Origin: Octopus bimaculoides
Taxonomy: Eukaryota
NCBI RefSeq assembly: GCF_001194135.2
Contig: NC_069002.1
Span: forward strand, 16,380,913-16,444,912
Length of the DNA: 64,000 nucleotides
Reading direction: 5' to 3'
The position numbers were made by a program, and so were the translations under genes. The notes under the pieces were generated by a model, which saw only the letters and a program-made list of their open reading frames with translations, did no database searches and was not told where the DNA came from. Positions 1-13,600 of the stretch are shown here, piece after piece (the stretch's first letter is position 1; every line of letters starts with the position of its first letter).

Positions 1-99
1 CACAAATAAATGAATTTATACAACCATATAAATAAATATTTATATATATTATATAGTTATATACATATATACACACATATGATGCATTTATTTCTAATG

Positions 100-187
100 T
101 ATGTCTAGGAAACCGAAAGCAGTTCCGGGAATAAGCGGGCGTTGACGGAAATATCTCCCCCATTTGTCTGCACAGCAATCAGCGGCG
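100..187 (+). promoter_or_regulatory. Putative WDR1 proximal promoter / 5' UTR
   Basis: CpG-containing, GC-richer stretch directly before the ATG; ETS-like TTCCGG at 123-128 and CGGAA at 146-150. TSS cannot be determined. Confidence 0.3.
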
Positions 188-203
188 ATGTCTTACACAC
201 TCA
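188..203 (+). CDS. WDR1: WDR1 coding exon 1 (MSYTL + first base of K)
   Basis: ATG TCT TAC ACA CTC A then GTAAGT donor; phase 1 joins exon 2 (A+AA = Lys); resembles the M-x-Y-x-I/L-K start of AIP1 proteins. Confidence 0.85.
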
Positions 204-3200
204 GTAAGTTGGCTGCAATTTCTTTTGTCTTGGGTTTCTGTTTACAACCACAGTAATGTCTGTCCAACATCTGCCTTATGTATCTGTAATCTAGCCATTG
301 TTATATAAAATGTAAATCTGAACCACTTCAGAAATCTTGTTCTTCTCTCCGCCTCCTCTTTTTACTCGTGATTTAAAAATCTCTTTAGAGAGATTTCCAA
401 CTTTCTACTTTCGTTCTTCTTTTATTCCGGCTTCCAACATCATCCATTTCTTCTTCACAGTCGTTGAACTTTCCATGTATTATTAGATTCAATTACTTTT
501 CCCCATGCCCACAGCTATTACTAAATTAAACACCGTAAATACATTAAGTGCTAAGATATAACTACACTTTAATGCCCCGCCTCGTTGTTTTCGCATAACT
601 TTCCCGAAAGTGCCTTTTTTAAAATGAAATTTTGCAGATCTACGTTTTCCAAGAGGTTGATTATGTAATGTCGATGTCTTAGGCATAGAAATCTGAAAAA
701 GTAGAAAGTGCGGGAAATTGTTGGTAAAAAAATGTGAGAGGGGGAAAAAAAAAAAGGAAGATTGTCTGAAGTAAAATTTATTTTATCATTTCCATCAACA
801 TTATTATAATTTGTTCCTTCGATTACGTATTTCTGCAAAGTTCCTTAAAAAAAAAAAAAAAAAAAAAAAAGATTTCAGAAAATTGTAAGGTAGCAAATTC
901 GGGGGTGGGGCACCTTTTTGTAAGATATGTCATATTATCATATACTCACACAAACGCACATTTCTATATTGGGAAAAAATTGCTCTGTTATTGCCTGTCC
1001 TTCGCCGCTCCCTTTCAATTATTAAAGAAGTCAGGAGCCTGTAAGCGGTCAGTTGACCTTTCTGAAAGAACAACCAAACTCCTTTCATATCAGGTGAACG
1101 ACCTAATAGAAAAGTAGGATGCAATTTGAATAATAGTTCTGAATGTATTGTCTGAAAATAAGATGTGATGGTGATGGCTAGATAATGGCTTTTGATAATA
1201 TTTTAGATCAGTTTTCATCTCCCGTGTTGCGACTTTCCTAAAATAACAGGATTAAAAATTTAACGGAAGCATATATAATTTACAATTAACTCTTAATTTT
1301 TAGTAATATATATGTCTTCTACTGTAGCCCTAGGCTGCCCAAAGCTTTGCGAGTGGATTTGATAGAGGGAAACTGAAAGAAGCCCGTCGTGGGGCTGTGG
1401 GTGTCTTTGTGTCGATGTTTGTCCCCCACCACCGCTTGACAATCGGTGTTGGTGTGTTTACGTCCCCGTAATCTAACAGTTTGGCAAAACTGATCGACAG
1501 AATAAGTATCAGACTTTAAAAATGTACTTCTTGTGTCGATTCGTTCGATTAAAATTCTTCAAGGCGGAGCACCAGTTTAGCCGTTATCTTATAACTGAAA
1601 CAAGTGAAAGAAAAAGCTATGTATGTACGTACGTTTAATTGTATCCTAACCTTAATTTTATTAAAAGGGGTGGGTCACGTAGGATGCTATTTGGTACTTG
1701 GGGTGTCTGTTTAATTGGGGCTGGTTGTTTGATGTCAAACTTCTAACCGATTTTATTTGCCCAACACAAACTTGTTATATTTTCAAACACTTCAGTATAC
1801 GAAGGTAGTGTTTAACCCACGGCCAGTACTGACCAAAGCCATTCCAGTCTCGTGGTAGTTAGATATTTTTGTAGTCATCACTTCATTGTCTAACTTTTTT
1901 TTTGTTTTGTTTTAAGGCTGGCGGATGTGATATGAAGATTTGTCTACTATTTCTAGCAGGTCAAACGACCACGCAACGACACCCTCGTTTGTGTGTCTTA
2001 TGTTTGTTGTTGCTGTTGTTTACTCTTATCGGTTAAACTTACGAGCAGAGATAACCCAGTCGTGATCATCCCATTTACATGTGTCTCTTTATTTTTTCTA
2101 ACGGCGGTAGAGTATGATTTGAGTTAGATATGGTTGCTATTTCCAGCCGCTCAAATGACCACATAGTAGCTCCTCCTTTTAGCTTGTAAGGTCTACCCCA
2201 GGTGAAGCCTGTTATAATAGACATTCCAGCCTTGACTGTACCGTAAGACAACCAATGTGGACCACATCCGTTCTCTTAAAGTACGTTAGGTGTGCTTTGA
2301 AGAAAACCTGGTTGCTATGTCTAGCAGATCGAATGACCGCGTAAAGGTACTCATATTGGCCAGTAAATGTTTCATTGTGTGTACTTAAAATCGGTTGGCA
2401 TGTGTGTGTGTGTGTGTGTGTACGTACTTATATCTGTTGGCTTGCCTGTGTTGCAAAAAATTAGTGAACTGCTTAACTTAGATGCAGAAAACACCTGCTC
2501 CTAGTCTGTGTTGAAGTGCCCCTCGCCTTGTCTGACTTAAACAATTGCACTTCTTATATTACCAGTGCTCGTGTGCGTCTGTCCTGTGTACACACGATCA
2601 GTAACACGATGCTATCGTTATCATTGTTGTGATAATCATTTTCGTCATTGTCACATTTTCTATTGCTCATTGCAACTTTTCAAGCTTTCTTGTCTTTCGT
2701 CTATGAGTGTGTGCATATATGTATAATGTATACGTAATGTGAGTTGTCTGTGGGTGTATAGACGTTAGCTAATTTTATATTTTGACGATTTATTATCTCT
2801 TTTTAATAAATGTAAACATAATAATATTCCTCTACACTGCCTTAAGTATTTTCCGATTCGTTTCGGCCATTCCCGGTGGCCAAATTATCTTTACACATTC
2901 GTCATTGTTTCTTAGTTTCATCTTCGTTAACTATCCAAATTGAAAATTGTTATTTGCGGTATCGTTATATTGATAGCAACATATATAAATTTAAAGCACA
3001 TACATGTATATACAAACTATGTACCGTATTGCGAACAGAAAACACGACTGTTTTCTCTGTTATCTTTTTATCAAGTTTTCATTTTCTTATTTTCATCCGA
3101 ATTTCTGGCATTTTATTCAAAACAGATTCCTGAAATGCATTTATCGACGTTTATTATGTCGTCTGCACGACGAGTTCAAATCCCAGATCCCGGTGCCCCT

Positions 3201-6200
3201 TCATCCTGCAGATGAGACGGTAAACATCTAGAAATGTTAATGATAGAATTAAAAACTTTATAACTTAACCAATCAAACTGCTAGAAACGTCTACAGTATA
3301 AAATATTTTTTTCTACTCTAGGTACAAGGCCCGAAATTTTATGGGGAGGGGGCCAGTCGATTAGATCGACCCCAGTATGCAACATAATTTGCTGAGATAG
3401 GTTTTTCTACAGCCAGATGCCATTCCTGTTGTCAACTTCCATTTGTTTTCAAGTCAGGTAATGTCTCCTTATGGTCAGACATATTTTTGCAGTATATTAG
3501 AAACAAAGGACTCTGCTTGTATGGCAGTGACACTCATTTACAACTATTATATGATGTCAAGGCAGCGAAACAGTAACACACATACTCACACACACTTACT
3601 TGTGTGTGTGTGTGTGTGTGTGTGTGCAGGTGTGGCTGTGGTAAGAAGCTTGCTTCCCATCCACATGCTTCTGGGTTCAGTCCCACTGCGTGGCACCTTG
3701 GGTAAGTGTCTTGTATAATAGCCTCAGGCTGACCAAAGCCTTGTGACAGAAACTGAAAGAAGCCTGTCATATATACATATGTATGTGTGTGTGTGTGTGT
3801 GTATGAAGTACTAAGGTCAATTCATTCAACTGAAAATTCAAGGCAGTGCCCCAGCATAGCCACTGTCAAATGACTGAAACAAGTAAAAGATAAAAAAAAG
3901 AAGATAAAAGATATATAATGGCACAGGAGTGGCTGTGTGGTAAGTAGCTTGCTTACCAACCACATGGTTCTGGGTTCAGTCACACTGCGTGACACCTTGG
4001 GCAAGTGTCTTCTACTATAGCCTAGGGCCGACCAAAGCCTTGTGAGTGGATTTGGTAGACGGAAACTGAAAGAAGCCTGTTTCTAAGACCTTTGGAAATG
4101 TGCTGTGCGTGAGAAGACCCGGCAAGCCAAGTGAGATCGTTGCCAGTGCCCCTGGACTGGCTCTTGTGCGGGTGGCACATAAGATGTACCATCCTGAGCG
4201 TGACCATTGCCAGTACCGCCTGACTGGCCTTGTAGGGTTTTCGAGCGAGATCGTTGCCAGTGNNNNNNNNNNNNNNNNNNNNNNNNNNNNNNNNNNNNNN
4301 NNNNNNNNNNNNNNNNNNNNNNNNNNNNNNNNNNNNNNNNNNNNNNNNNNNNNNNNNNNNNNNNNNNNNNNNNNNNNNNNNNNNNNNNNNNNNNNNNNNN
4401 NNNNNNNNNNNNNNNNNNNNNNNNNNNNNNNNNNNNNNNNNNNNNNNNNNNNNNNNNNNNNNNNNNNNNNNNNNNNNNNNNNNNNNNNNNNNNNNNNNNN
4501 NNNNNNNNNNNNNNNNNNNNNNNNNNNNNNNNNNNNNNNNNNNNNNNNGACGTTAAACGAAGATGATGATGATGATATATATATGTATGTATGTGTGTGT
4601 ATATGTTCGTGTGTCTGTGTTTGTCCCCTCAACATCGCTTGACAACCGATGGTGGTGTGTTTACGTCCCCGTAACTTAGCGGTTCGGCAAAAGAGACCGA
4701 TAGAATAAGTACTAGGCATCCAAAGAATAAGTCCTGGGGTCGATTTGCTCAACTAAAGGTGGTGCTCCAGCATGGCCACAGTCAAATGACACCAGTAAAA
4801 GAGTAAAGAGTAATGGACTTCTTTCAGGTTATGTCTCCCAAATCCATTCAAGGCTTTCATTAGCCTAGAACTATAGTTGGAGACACTTCTGCAAGGTGCC
4901 ATGCAGTATGCAGTTGGACTGAACTCAGAACCATGTGGTTGGGAAGCAAACATCTTACCTCACAGCCACACCTGCACCTATGTATATACACACATATATA
5001 TAACATGTTTTTGTGTTATTTCCAATGAGATTGCAAGAGTGAAACTAATGAAATAACACTTGTGACAGTTGTCACTCCTTTTGTTCCATTTTCAAACAAC
5101 TCTGGAATATCTGTGTCTTTGGTTTTGTCCGCCATTCTCTTCCTTCTCTATATCAGTGATCTTGCCATCTCATCCACCAAGGCCCACTTTTATGTAGATG
5201 ATACAATCATTCATTCATCCCTCACCTTCTCCAGCTACACATTATTCATGTTCAACATAGACACCTTATGCCAAACCTGCACTGGTTTCAGCAATGGAGA
5301 CTTCAAAACCAACCACTTGTGAGGCTGCAACCATCTTTCCTCTTTAATGGGAAAAATCCCTCAAGTATTATTCATATCAAAATTTCATCACACCTTCTCT
5401 CTAAAACGTGGGCAGCCCTTAACTAAAATCCTCAGAGTTGCTCTAAATGCGAGCTTTTACTATCGTTGAGGATCTCTCCTGGCAGAAACATGTCCTTAAC
5501 AAAGCTAGGACTGCATCCCTAAAGCTGGCCCATCTTTACAGGGCCAGAAAATATTTGGCTCTCAACAATTGCTGATACTCTACAAAACTGAAAGGAGGCA
5601 AGGTCCACAGTGGGGTATTACTCTATCTCTGAGACGGTGATACTGTTACACATCCAGACATTCTGGATTGTATCCAGAAAAGGGCCACTTGATTGATTGG
5701 CATAAAATCACTCACAGCACATACTCCAGCCTCAGGCTGACTTTTTTTGTCCCCCTGTCTTTTCTGTCATTTCTTTAATGGCCTTTGTTTTTCAGAATTA
5801 TTTGCTCTTATATCTCCTCCACTCAAAAGTCTCGGTCATTGCTTCCGTGAGGCCCAACACTCAAAAGGAACTCAGCCACTTTGCCTCTGTGAGGGTCAAC
5901 ATTCGAAAGGAAATCATTTTGCCTTCCCGAGGCCCAACAATCAAAAGGAACTCAGCCACTTTGCCTCTGTGAGGCCCAACATTCAAAAGATGTTTTTTAT
6001 GTCACCAGCATGGGTGCACTTGGCTTGATGGATGCTCTCAAGCACAGCACATCGCCAAAGGTCTTGGTCACCAGTCATTGCCTCTGTGAGACTCAAAGTT
6101 TGAAGATTATTCTTCACCACCTCGTCCCATGTCTTCCTGGCTCTACCTCTACCATAGATACCTGCCACAGTTAGAGATCGGCACTTCCTTACACAGCTGT

Positions 6201-9200
6201 CCTCATCCATACACATCATATGACCATACCAGTACAGTCGTCTATCTTGCACACCACATCTGATTCCTCTTATGCCTAACTTTTCTCTCAAGATGCTTAC
6301 ACTCTGTTGAACATGCACACTGACATTGCACATCCAGCGAAGTATGCTGGCTTCATTTCTTTCAAGCCTATGCATGTCCTTGGCTGTCGTAGCCCATGCT
6401 TTACTGCCATGCAGCATAGCTGTTCACACACAGGCATCAAGCAATCTGCTTTTCACTCTGAAAGAGATGCCCTTTGTTGTCAGCAGTGGTAGGAGCTCTC
6501 TGAACTTTGTCCATCCTAATCTTATTCTCACAGCTACGCTCTTGGAGCATCCACCTCCACTACTAATTTGGTCACCTTGATAACAGAAGGTATCTACTAC
6601 CTCTAGCTTGCCTCCCTGACACTCGATGGAGTCTATTTTCAGCATTTATTGGACCTGTGCATCTTCCACACACAAAAGCTAGTTTCCCTGTTAACCTTCA
6701 CTGATAATCAGTTTACAGATATTGAGGAAACTTTTCAGCATTATTTTATTTTAACCCCAAAATATGCTTTGTGGTGATTTTTGTTGCGGAAAATAAAATA
6801 AGCATTTTGGGTTGTCCAATTTCAGATTCACTGCAACTTGCTACTTGCTACCATATTAGAATATTACAAATCTTTCTATTGAACAGCAATTGGTGAGAGC
6901 AGTGGTGGTAAAGCAGAAGCTTTCCCATGGCTTTGAAGTATCTCTTACATTGGCGTAATTAAGTGGTGTAGATAGAAAATGATATTGAAACATTTAACCT
7001 CCTCCTCCTCCTTCTCCTCTTATTCATTTAGTAGTGTACTTTGTACTGCTTCCAGCATGATAACGAGTTACAATGAACCAGAATTCAGAGTATAGTAAGA
7101 TGGCCGGTAATTATTTTTTCCTACAACAAAAACTATCCAGAAATATTCGCCTGTCGTATGATTTAGTTTGAAAATGGTTTTGTGTTTATTTTTCATTAAA
7201 ATTTTGATATCAACTGAGGTGAAAATAAACCATTGCTATACAAAAATAGCTTATTGTACATCAATATAGACTGTTGAGTAATATAAATTGTAAAGGAACC
7301 ACACCCCCTCAGAGGATGAGGTCACCTATGGACTTCTCTTTAGTATTACACCTCTGTTACACTGGATTTATTTCATTGAACATTGACTTCTTCTTAGTCA
7401 TGAAAGTTAATACTTGTTTTTAAACTTGACGACTATTGTGTATGTGTATATGTGTGGGTGTGCGTGTGTGCATAGATTAATCCACTCATAGCATAATAAA
7501 CGCTTCATTTGATCAGACTGATTTAATCTATTATTAAACTTATCATCCATCTCTGGACTTATTAATCACTGCTTATGGTCAGGCAGATGTTTTCATCTTG
7601 GTTAATATAGTCACAATGTTTCGGCCATTTTCAGGTTTTTCTCATATTCAGTTAATGTTCCAAGAATTTGGAACCAAACTGTTCATTAAATGTCCAAAGA
7701 TATTCTCCTTATTGGTTAGTCTACAACTTGTGATGCCTATACTTTGTTATACATTAAAAAGTGGATGTAGGCATAAGTGTAGTACTTTGGGGAGTGGTAA
7801 TAAGTTCAATCCGCAAAGCAGTCAAGATACACACACACACATGCACATATGTAAAAGACCCTCTTTGGTCATGAGACTGACCATGGGATTGCACTGAGAA
7901 AGTTACCCTCTGAGGCATAAGTCCAGGTAAGGTTGTTTATAGAAGACCAGCAGTTACCCATACTCCCCTCTTCATGCCACTGACATTATCCAAGGGAAAG
8001 GCAAAGGCTGATACAGCTTGGCACCAGTGACATCGCATCTCATTTCTACAGCTGAGTGAACTGGAGCAACGTGAAATAAAGTGTCTTGCTAAAGAACACA
8101 ACACAGCCTTGTCTGGGAATCAAACTCACTATCTCATGATTGTGAGCCCAACACTCTAACCATTGAGCCATACGCCTTCGCATATATATATATATATCAT
8201 CCAACTGTCTGGATGTTTTGTTGTCACTTGTCGCATTCTTGTCCAATTTAAAAATTCTTTTTTATATACATATAGTGGCATATATACACTTTGGTCTCTT
8301 ATATGTAAGTACACACACACACACACACACATAAATTTTGTATAACTCTCTTATTCTTTCACTCTCTCTTTCTTTCAGCCCCTTCACACTTATTTCGTTC
8401 TTTCCACCCTTCTTTCTTTCACTCCCCCTCTCTCACATTTCCTGGCCTTCCCTTCATTCTCACCTTCCCTCCTCTTTCACTTCACTCTGTCTCTTTTTTT
8501 TTTTCTCGTCCCTCCCTAATTCTTCTATCCCTCTACCTCTCTCCTCTCCTTCCACATGACCGGTGTTCGACCAAGCCTGACCTTTCTTTCTTGGTTGTAC
8601 TACCATTCATGCAACATCTATATTCCTTCCCATGCCTGTCATCTCTTATGTCCCTGCTGTAAGGCTTCACTTCCACACACGCCAGCTTAATTTTATTCGT
8701 CCTTAGTCGAAAGACACCTGTTGTTAATGTCTTGTTGTTTACATTTGTATTTGTGTACCATTTCTCCATTTTTGTCCGCCCTTGTTTTCATATACATTTG
8801 CTGCTTCTTTCCAAGGAATCTAGTGCTCTTAGCTTAGATTTTCCTTGGGGCTAGCCAGATTGGAGCGGTCTCGAGTATAACCAGCCGAAACTGCAAAGAT
8901 AATCTGGAACTCAACTGACGAATGAAAACTCCAAATGACCCGTCCTTTTTTCATGTCCTTTTTTGTATCATCTAACTGTCTGGATGTTTTGTTGTCGCCT
9001 GTCACGTTCTTGCCCCATTTTTTGTATTCTTTATATATATATATGTGTGTGTGTATATGTATGTATGTATGTATGTACGCACGTGTGCTCCTCCTGTTAA
9101 TAATCGTCACTTGTTTCCAAGTAAGGTAATATTTCCTTGTGACTAGACTTGTTTTTCATGGCAGATTGGAAATAAAGGACTCTGTTTGCATTATGGTGAC

Positions 9201-11576
9201 ACTTGTATATGACTATCATGTGATATCAAGGCAAAGAGACAGTAACATACATACACACATACATGATGGTCTTCTTTCTGTCTTCCAAATCCACTTAGAA
9301 AGCTTTGATCAGCCTGGGGATATATTAGAAGACACTTGTTCATGCAGTGTCGATGTAGTGTTCACACTTGTCCAATGGGACTGAACCTAAAACCATGTGG
9401 TTGGGAAGCCAAAATTCTTGCTACACAGCCATGCCTGCACCAGCAAGTCGTACCTACACCTATCATCATTGTTTAATGTCCTCTTTCCATGGTGGCATGG
9501 GTTGGACACTTTGACACAGAGCTGGCTAGCAGGGAGCTGTCTAAACTCTAATTGTCTGTTGTGGCATGGTTTCTACAGCTGGATGCCCCTCCTAACACCA
9601 ACCACTAAAACAGAGTGTGCTGGGTGCTGTGCTTTTTATGTGCCACTGGCACACGTGCATGAATGCAGCACTGGCATGGGTGCCTTTTTCTAAGTGGCAC
9701 CAGCACCTGAAAGACAAGTCTGTATGTGTAAAAAACAGTAGGTGTGGCTGTGTGGTCTGTAGTTGGCTTCCCAACCACATGGTTCTGGGTTCAGTTCCGC
9801 TGCATGGCACCTTGAGCAAGTGTCTTCTGCAATAGCCTTGGGTGGGCAAAGCTTTGGAAGTGAAATTGCTTAATAGAAACTGTGTGGAATTAGCGAGCTG
9901 GCAGAAACGTTAGCACGCCGGGTGAATGCTTAGTATTTCGTCTGCCACTACGTTCTGAGTTCAAATTCTGCCGAGGTCAACTTTGCCTTTCATCCTTTCA
10001 GGGTTGATTAAATAAGTACTAGTTACGCACTGGGGTCGATATAATCGACTTAATCCATTTGTCTGTCCTTGTTTGTCCCCTCTGTGTGTAGCCCCTTGTG
10101 GGCAGTAAGGAAATAAGGAAACTGTGTGGAAGCCCTTTATTTGTGTGTGTTGAATATTTACACTTAGTGACTTTGCACAATGCTCTTTGTACTAAACGGT
10201 GATATCTGGTTTGCATACTTTGTAAACAGTGTTTTGTGGTTCTGCACTTTGATGACGAGTGGAATAAAAAAAATATTCCTTGAAAAATTGGTCAGTTTGG
10301 TGATATGAAAGGTATCCACCTCAATAAGTCTAACCCATGCCAGCATAGAACAACATATGTAAAACAAATGAATTAATGAATATATGCAATGTATTGAAGG
10401 GAATTTAGCTGCTATTTCTAGCAGGTAGAGTCACCCACATAAAGGCACACTTGTTGGTTCATCACAAAATGTATGAGAGAGGTCTTTTGAGTCAAATGTA
10501 GGTTAGCTTGATTTCTTCTATTTACTCCAACCTCATATCTATGGAACAGCGAAAGTGCAGAGAAGTTACTCATGCTTGAAACATTGCCAAAATGTACAAG
10601 ACCCACTGAACTAACACGCCCACACACATTTAGACAATTTTGTTTGTCTTGCCTGTATGTATACATTTGTAGACACACACACACACTATTTTACTCACAC
10701 ACACACTATTTTACCCTCCACACACTATTTTACACACACATACACACACACACACACACACAGACATGTGTAAAATAGCATTAACAAGCTCGTTATTTAA
10801 TTTACATTATACATGTAATTGAGTTTTTACAAATAAAGCAGGCATCATTATTTTATTTCTATAAAGAAAGAAAGGAGAATGTATTTAATTTGGGTTTAGT
10901 TTCACAAAATATTTTTCTTTTTTTTCTATGGCCATTTGTAAATGAGAAAAAAAACTAATTGTGAGATGAAAAAGCCAGCAAGTCACAACTATGTTTGTTA
11001 TTGTTTGTCTATATTTGTATAACAGCGCTCCTTTAGTTGTATTGTAAGAACCGAAGGAGTGTTACTAGAGGATAGCTGAATATCAACCAATAAAAGATGA
11101 GCCAATTAGATAAAACCACATACTTCTCATTCCTGGAAGCCAGATTGTCCTAACTTTATCTTATTTGTTGTTGTCATCTTCAGTTAACACTCTAAACCCA
11201 GTTGTTTGAGATTTGTTCTGGATGCCTGAATTGGAGAGGCTGAAAGAAAGGACTAAAACAGCGCATTTGAGTCTGTTTGACACATGCTCACAGACTAATA
11301 GGCGTGTGTGTGTATGTTGAAATGGATGAAGCTGTGGTCAAGTGGTTATAAAGTTTATTTCAAAATCACGAAGTACCTGGTTCATTCCCACTGTGTGTAC
11401 TATTATTCTAATATCTTTTACCATGGGGCTCTTACTGAAATGCTGCTTCTGTTAATTCCATCATGACTGTGTGGTAAGAAGCTTGCTTCCCAGCCACATG
11501 GTTTCAGGTTCAGTCCCACTGCGTGACACCTTGGGCAAGTGGCTGGATTTGGTAGACGGAAACTGAAAAAAGCCTG

Positions 11577-11624
<48 letters not shown>

Positions 11625-13546
11625 ATATATATATATATATGCCACTACATATATATACACACACACACACATACACTGTTGTGGTGGACACCCCCAAGTG
11701 AGAAGTGGGCTGTTCCACTACTGATAAATAGTGGACAAGCACAACAAGCAGTGTCAGTCGGCGAGGTATGATGTTCAGGCCAGTCACGCAGACAATGAAA
11801 TACATCATCATAATGCAGGGCATTACATATCATATACGCATGTATATATTTTTATGGGTGTGTCTTTGTGTCTGTGTTTGTCCCCACCACCCATCCCTTG
11901 ACAACTGATGTTAGTGTGTTTACATCCCCGTAACTTAGCAGTTCAGCAAAAAAGACCAATAAAACGAGTACTAGGCTTACAAAGAATAAGTCCCGGGGTC
12001 AATTTCTTTTACTAAAACCTTTTAAGACAGTACTCTAGCATGGCCACAGTCGATTGACTGAAACATATAAAGGAAAAGAATAAAAGAAAAGAATCTGTTT
12101 AGGCAGAATTTCCATTATCATCATCAGCAGCAACAGCAACAAGCTAATGAGGGTTAGGGTTAGGGTTAGGGTTAGTTGACCTGCTAGAAATAGTTGTTTA
12201 TCTCCCTCAGATAACACCTGACCACTTAGATAATAAAAATTTTATCTTGTTACTTCAATCATAATTCAATTCAATCAGGGCTGACCTAGGCCTTAATAGC
12301 TACAACAACCTCCACAGCAAAGTGATTTTGTGAGCAACAATACAAGTGAGAAGCTTTTACAATGTTCTTGCTGTTCTTGTTGCTGAGTAACCAAGGACAG
12401 CTTTAATCTGGCAGATCTATGATATGTGAGTGGCTGACCAAATGAATAGGTGTGGCCCACACATCTCCTCTTCTCTCTTCCTCTCCCTTGTCTCTTTTTT
12501 CTCATCCACACAAACTGCTCACAAGAGGAGCCTCTGACATCAACTATTGTGAAGTATTTTAGAAGAGGTTTAATACTTAACACACACACACACACACACA
12601 CACTCTGGTGTCAATGAGAAGGTGAAATTAGATCCCTGCCTGCTACAGTTGCAACTCTACACAAATACATTAGCTGCATGTTTGGATTGAAGCAGCTTGC
12701 TGCTGAGACTTCTGATGAGCAAATATGTAATTTTTAGCTTCTTACCTCAAATAATGTCAGGTTTCCTGTACGATGCACATGGTTGAGATGTATGGAATCT
12801 CTTGATTTTTTTCTCACTATGAACTGCTATGTGGACTCCCTATTTGCTAGAAATAGCAGCCAAATTCCCCTCAAATTACATTTACCAGCTAAAACAAAAA
12901 ACAAAAAAAGATTGGACAATGTAGTTCCTGATATATAAAGATGGGATGGTCACATTCAAAATATTTGCTTGATCTCCTGGAACAATGACAACAATATTAT
13001 TACTACACCACACAGTATTACACTACACACAGGATAATGTTCTATTTGGTGTACTGTAGCTGAATAAAAACTGGGATGGTCATGGCTGGAATGTCTTTGA
13101 TTATTGGTCTGCATGATGATGATGATGTGTTTGTGTGAGATGTGCAGATATATGTGAAAATGTAAAACAACATGAAATGTGTAAAAGTTAACGTTTAGCT
13201 GTGATATTGTGATATTAAATCTCCTTTGCCCCTGGATAGATTGTCAGTTTATTTGAGGTGACTTTCCCAGAGATCTACAACCTGTTTCTGATAGCTGGTG
13301 TATAGAATAATTGTACTGCCCAAATAATCCTGGATTATTTGTTGGTAAGCAAACACCACATCCATTTGGCTCTAATTCTACTGTGTGTGTAGGGGATGGA
13401 TCTACAAAAGTACATTTTTTTGGTAAAATAGAAGGTAAAAGGAAGGCAGCCAAAGAGAAGAGCAAGATAGGTGGAAAATATTAGTGAATAACATTCAAGA
13501 TTCAACAGAACTGCTATTGGAATGGTTTGAAATTGTATATATTGTT

Positions 13547-13600
<54 letters not shown>

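Larger units (their letters stand above)
3921..4813 (+). mobile_element. Full-length SINE-A interrupted by an RTE 3' end (4082-4576)
   Basis: Head at 3921-4080, body resumes at ~4577, tail aaagagtaaagagta. Confidence 0.85.

Noticed and set aside
489-838. Minus-strand ORFs near the WDR1 start as a divergent gene
   Set aside because: Short, no recognisable domain or splice structure; they lie inside intron 1
3156-3240. ATG ([19 protein letters not shown]) as an alternative first exon, and ctgcaga..gaaa as a hammerhead
   Set aside because: In-frame stop and no phase-1 donor; the hammerhead needs too many corrections and has no NUH or stem I
4015-4752. Long ORFs containing X runs (also at 29-29.6, 35.4-36.1, 46.1-46.8 and 51.8-53.1 kb)
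   Set aside because: Artefacts of N gaps
13250-13450. Plus frame ...[19 protein letters not shown]...EGK, faintly like piggyBac-related transposases
   Set aside because: Stop-interrupted, short, no TIR or TSD; similarity from memory only
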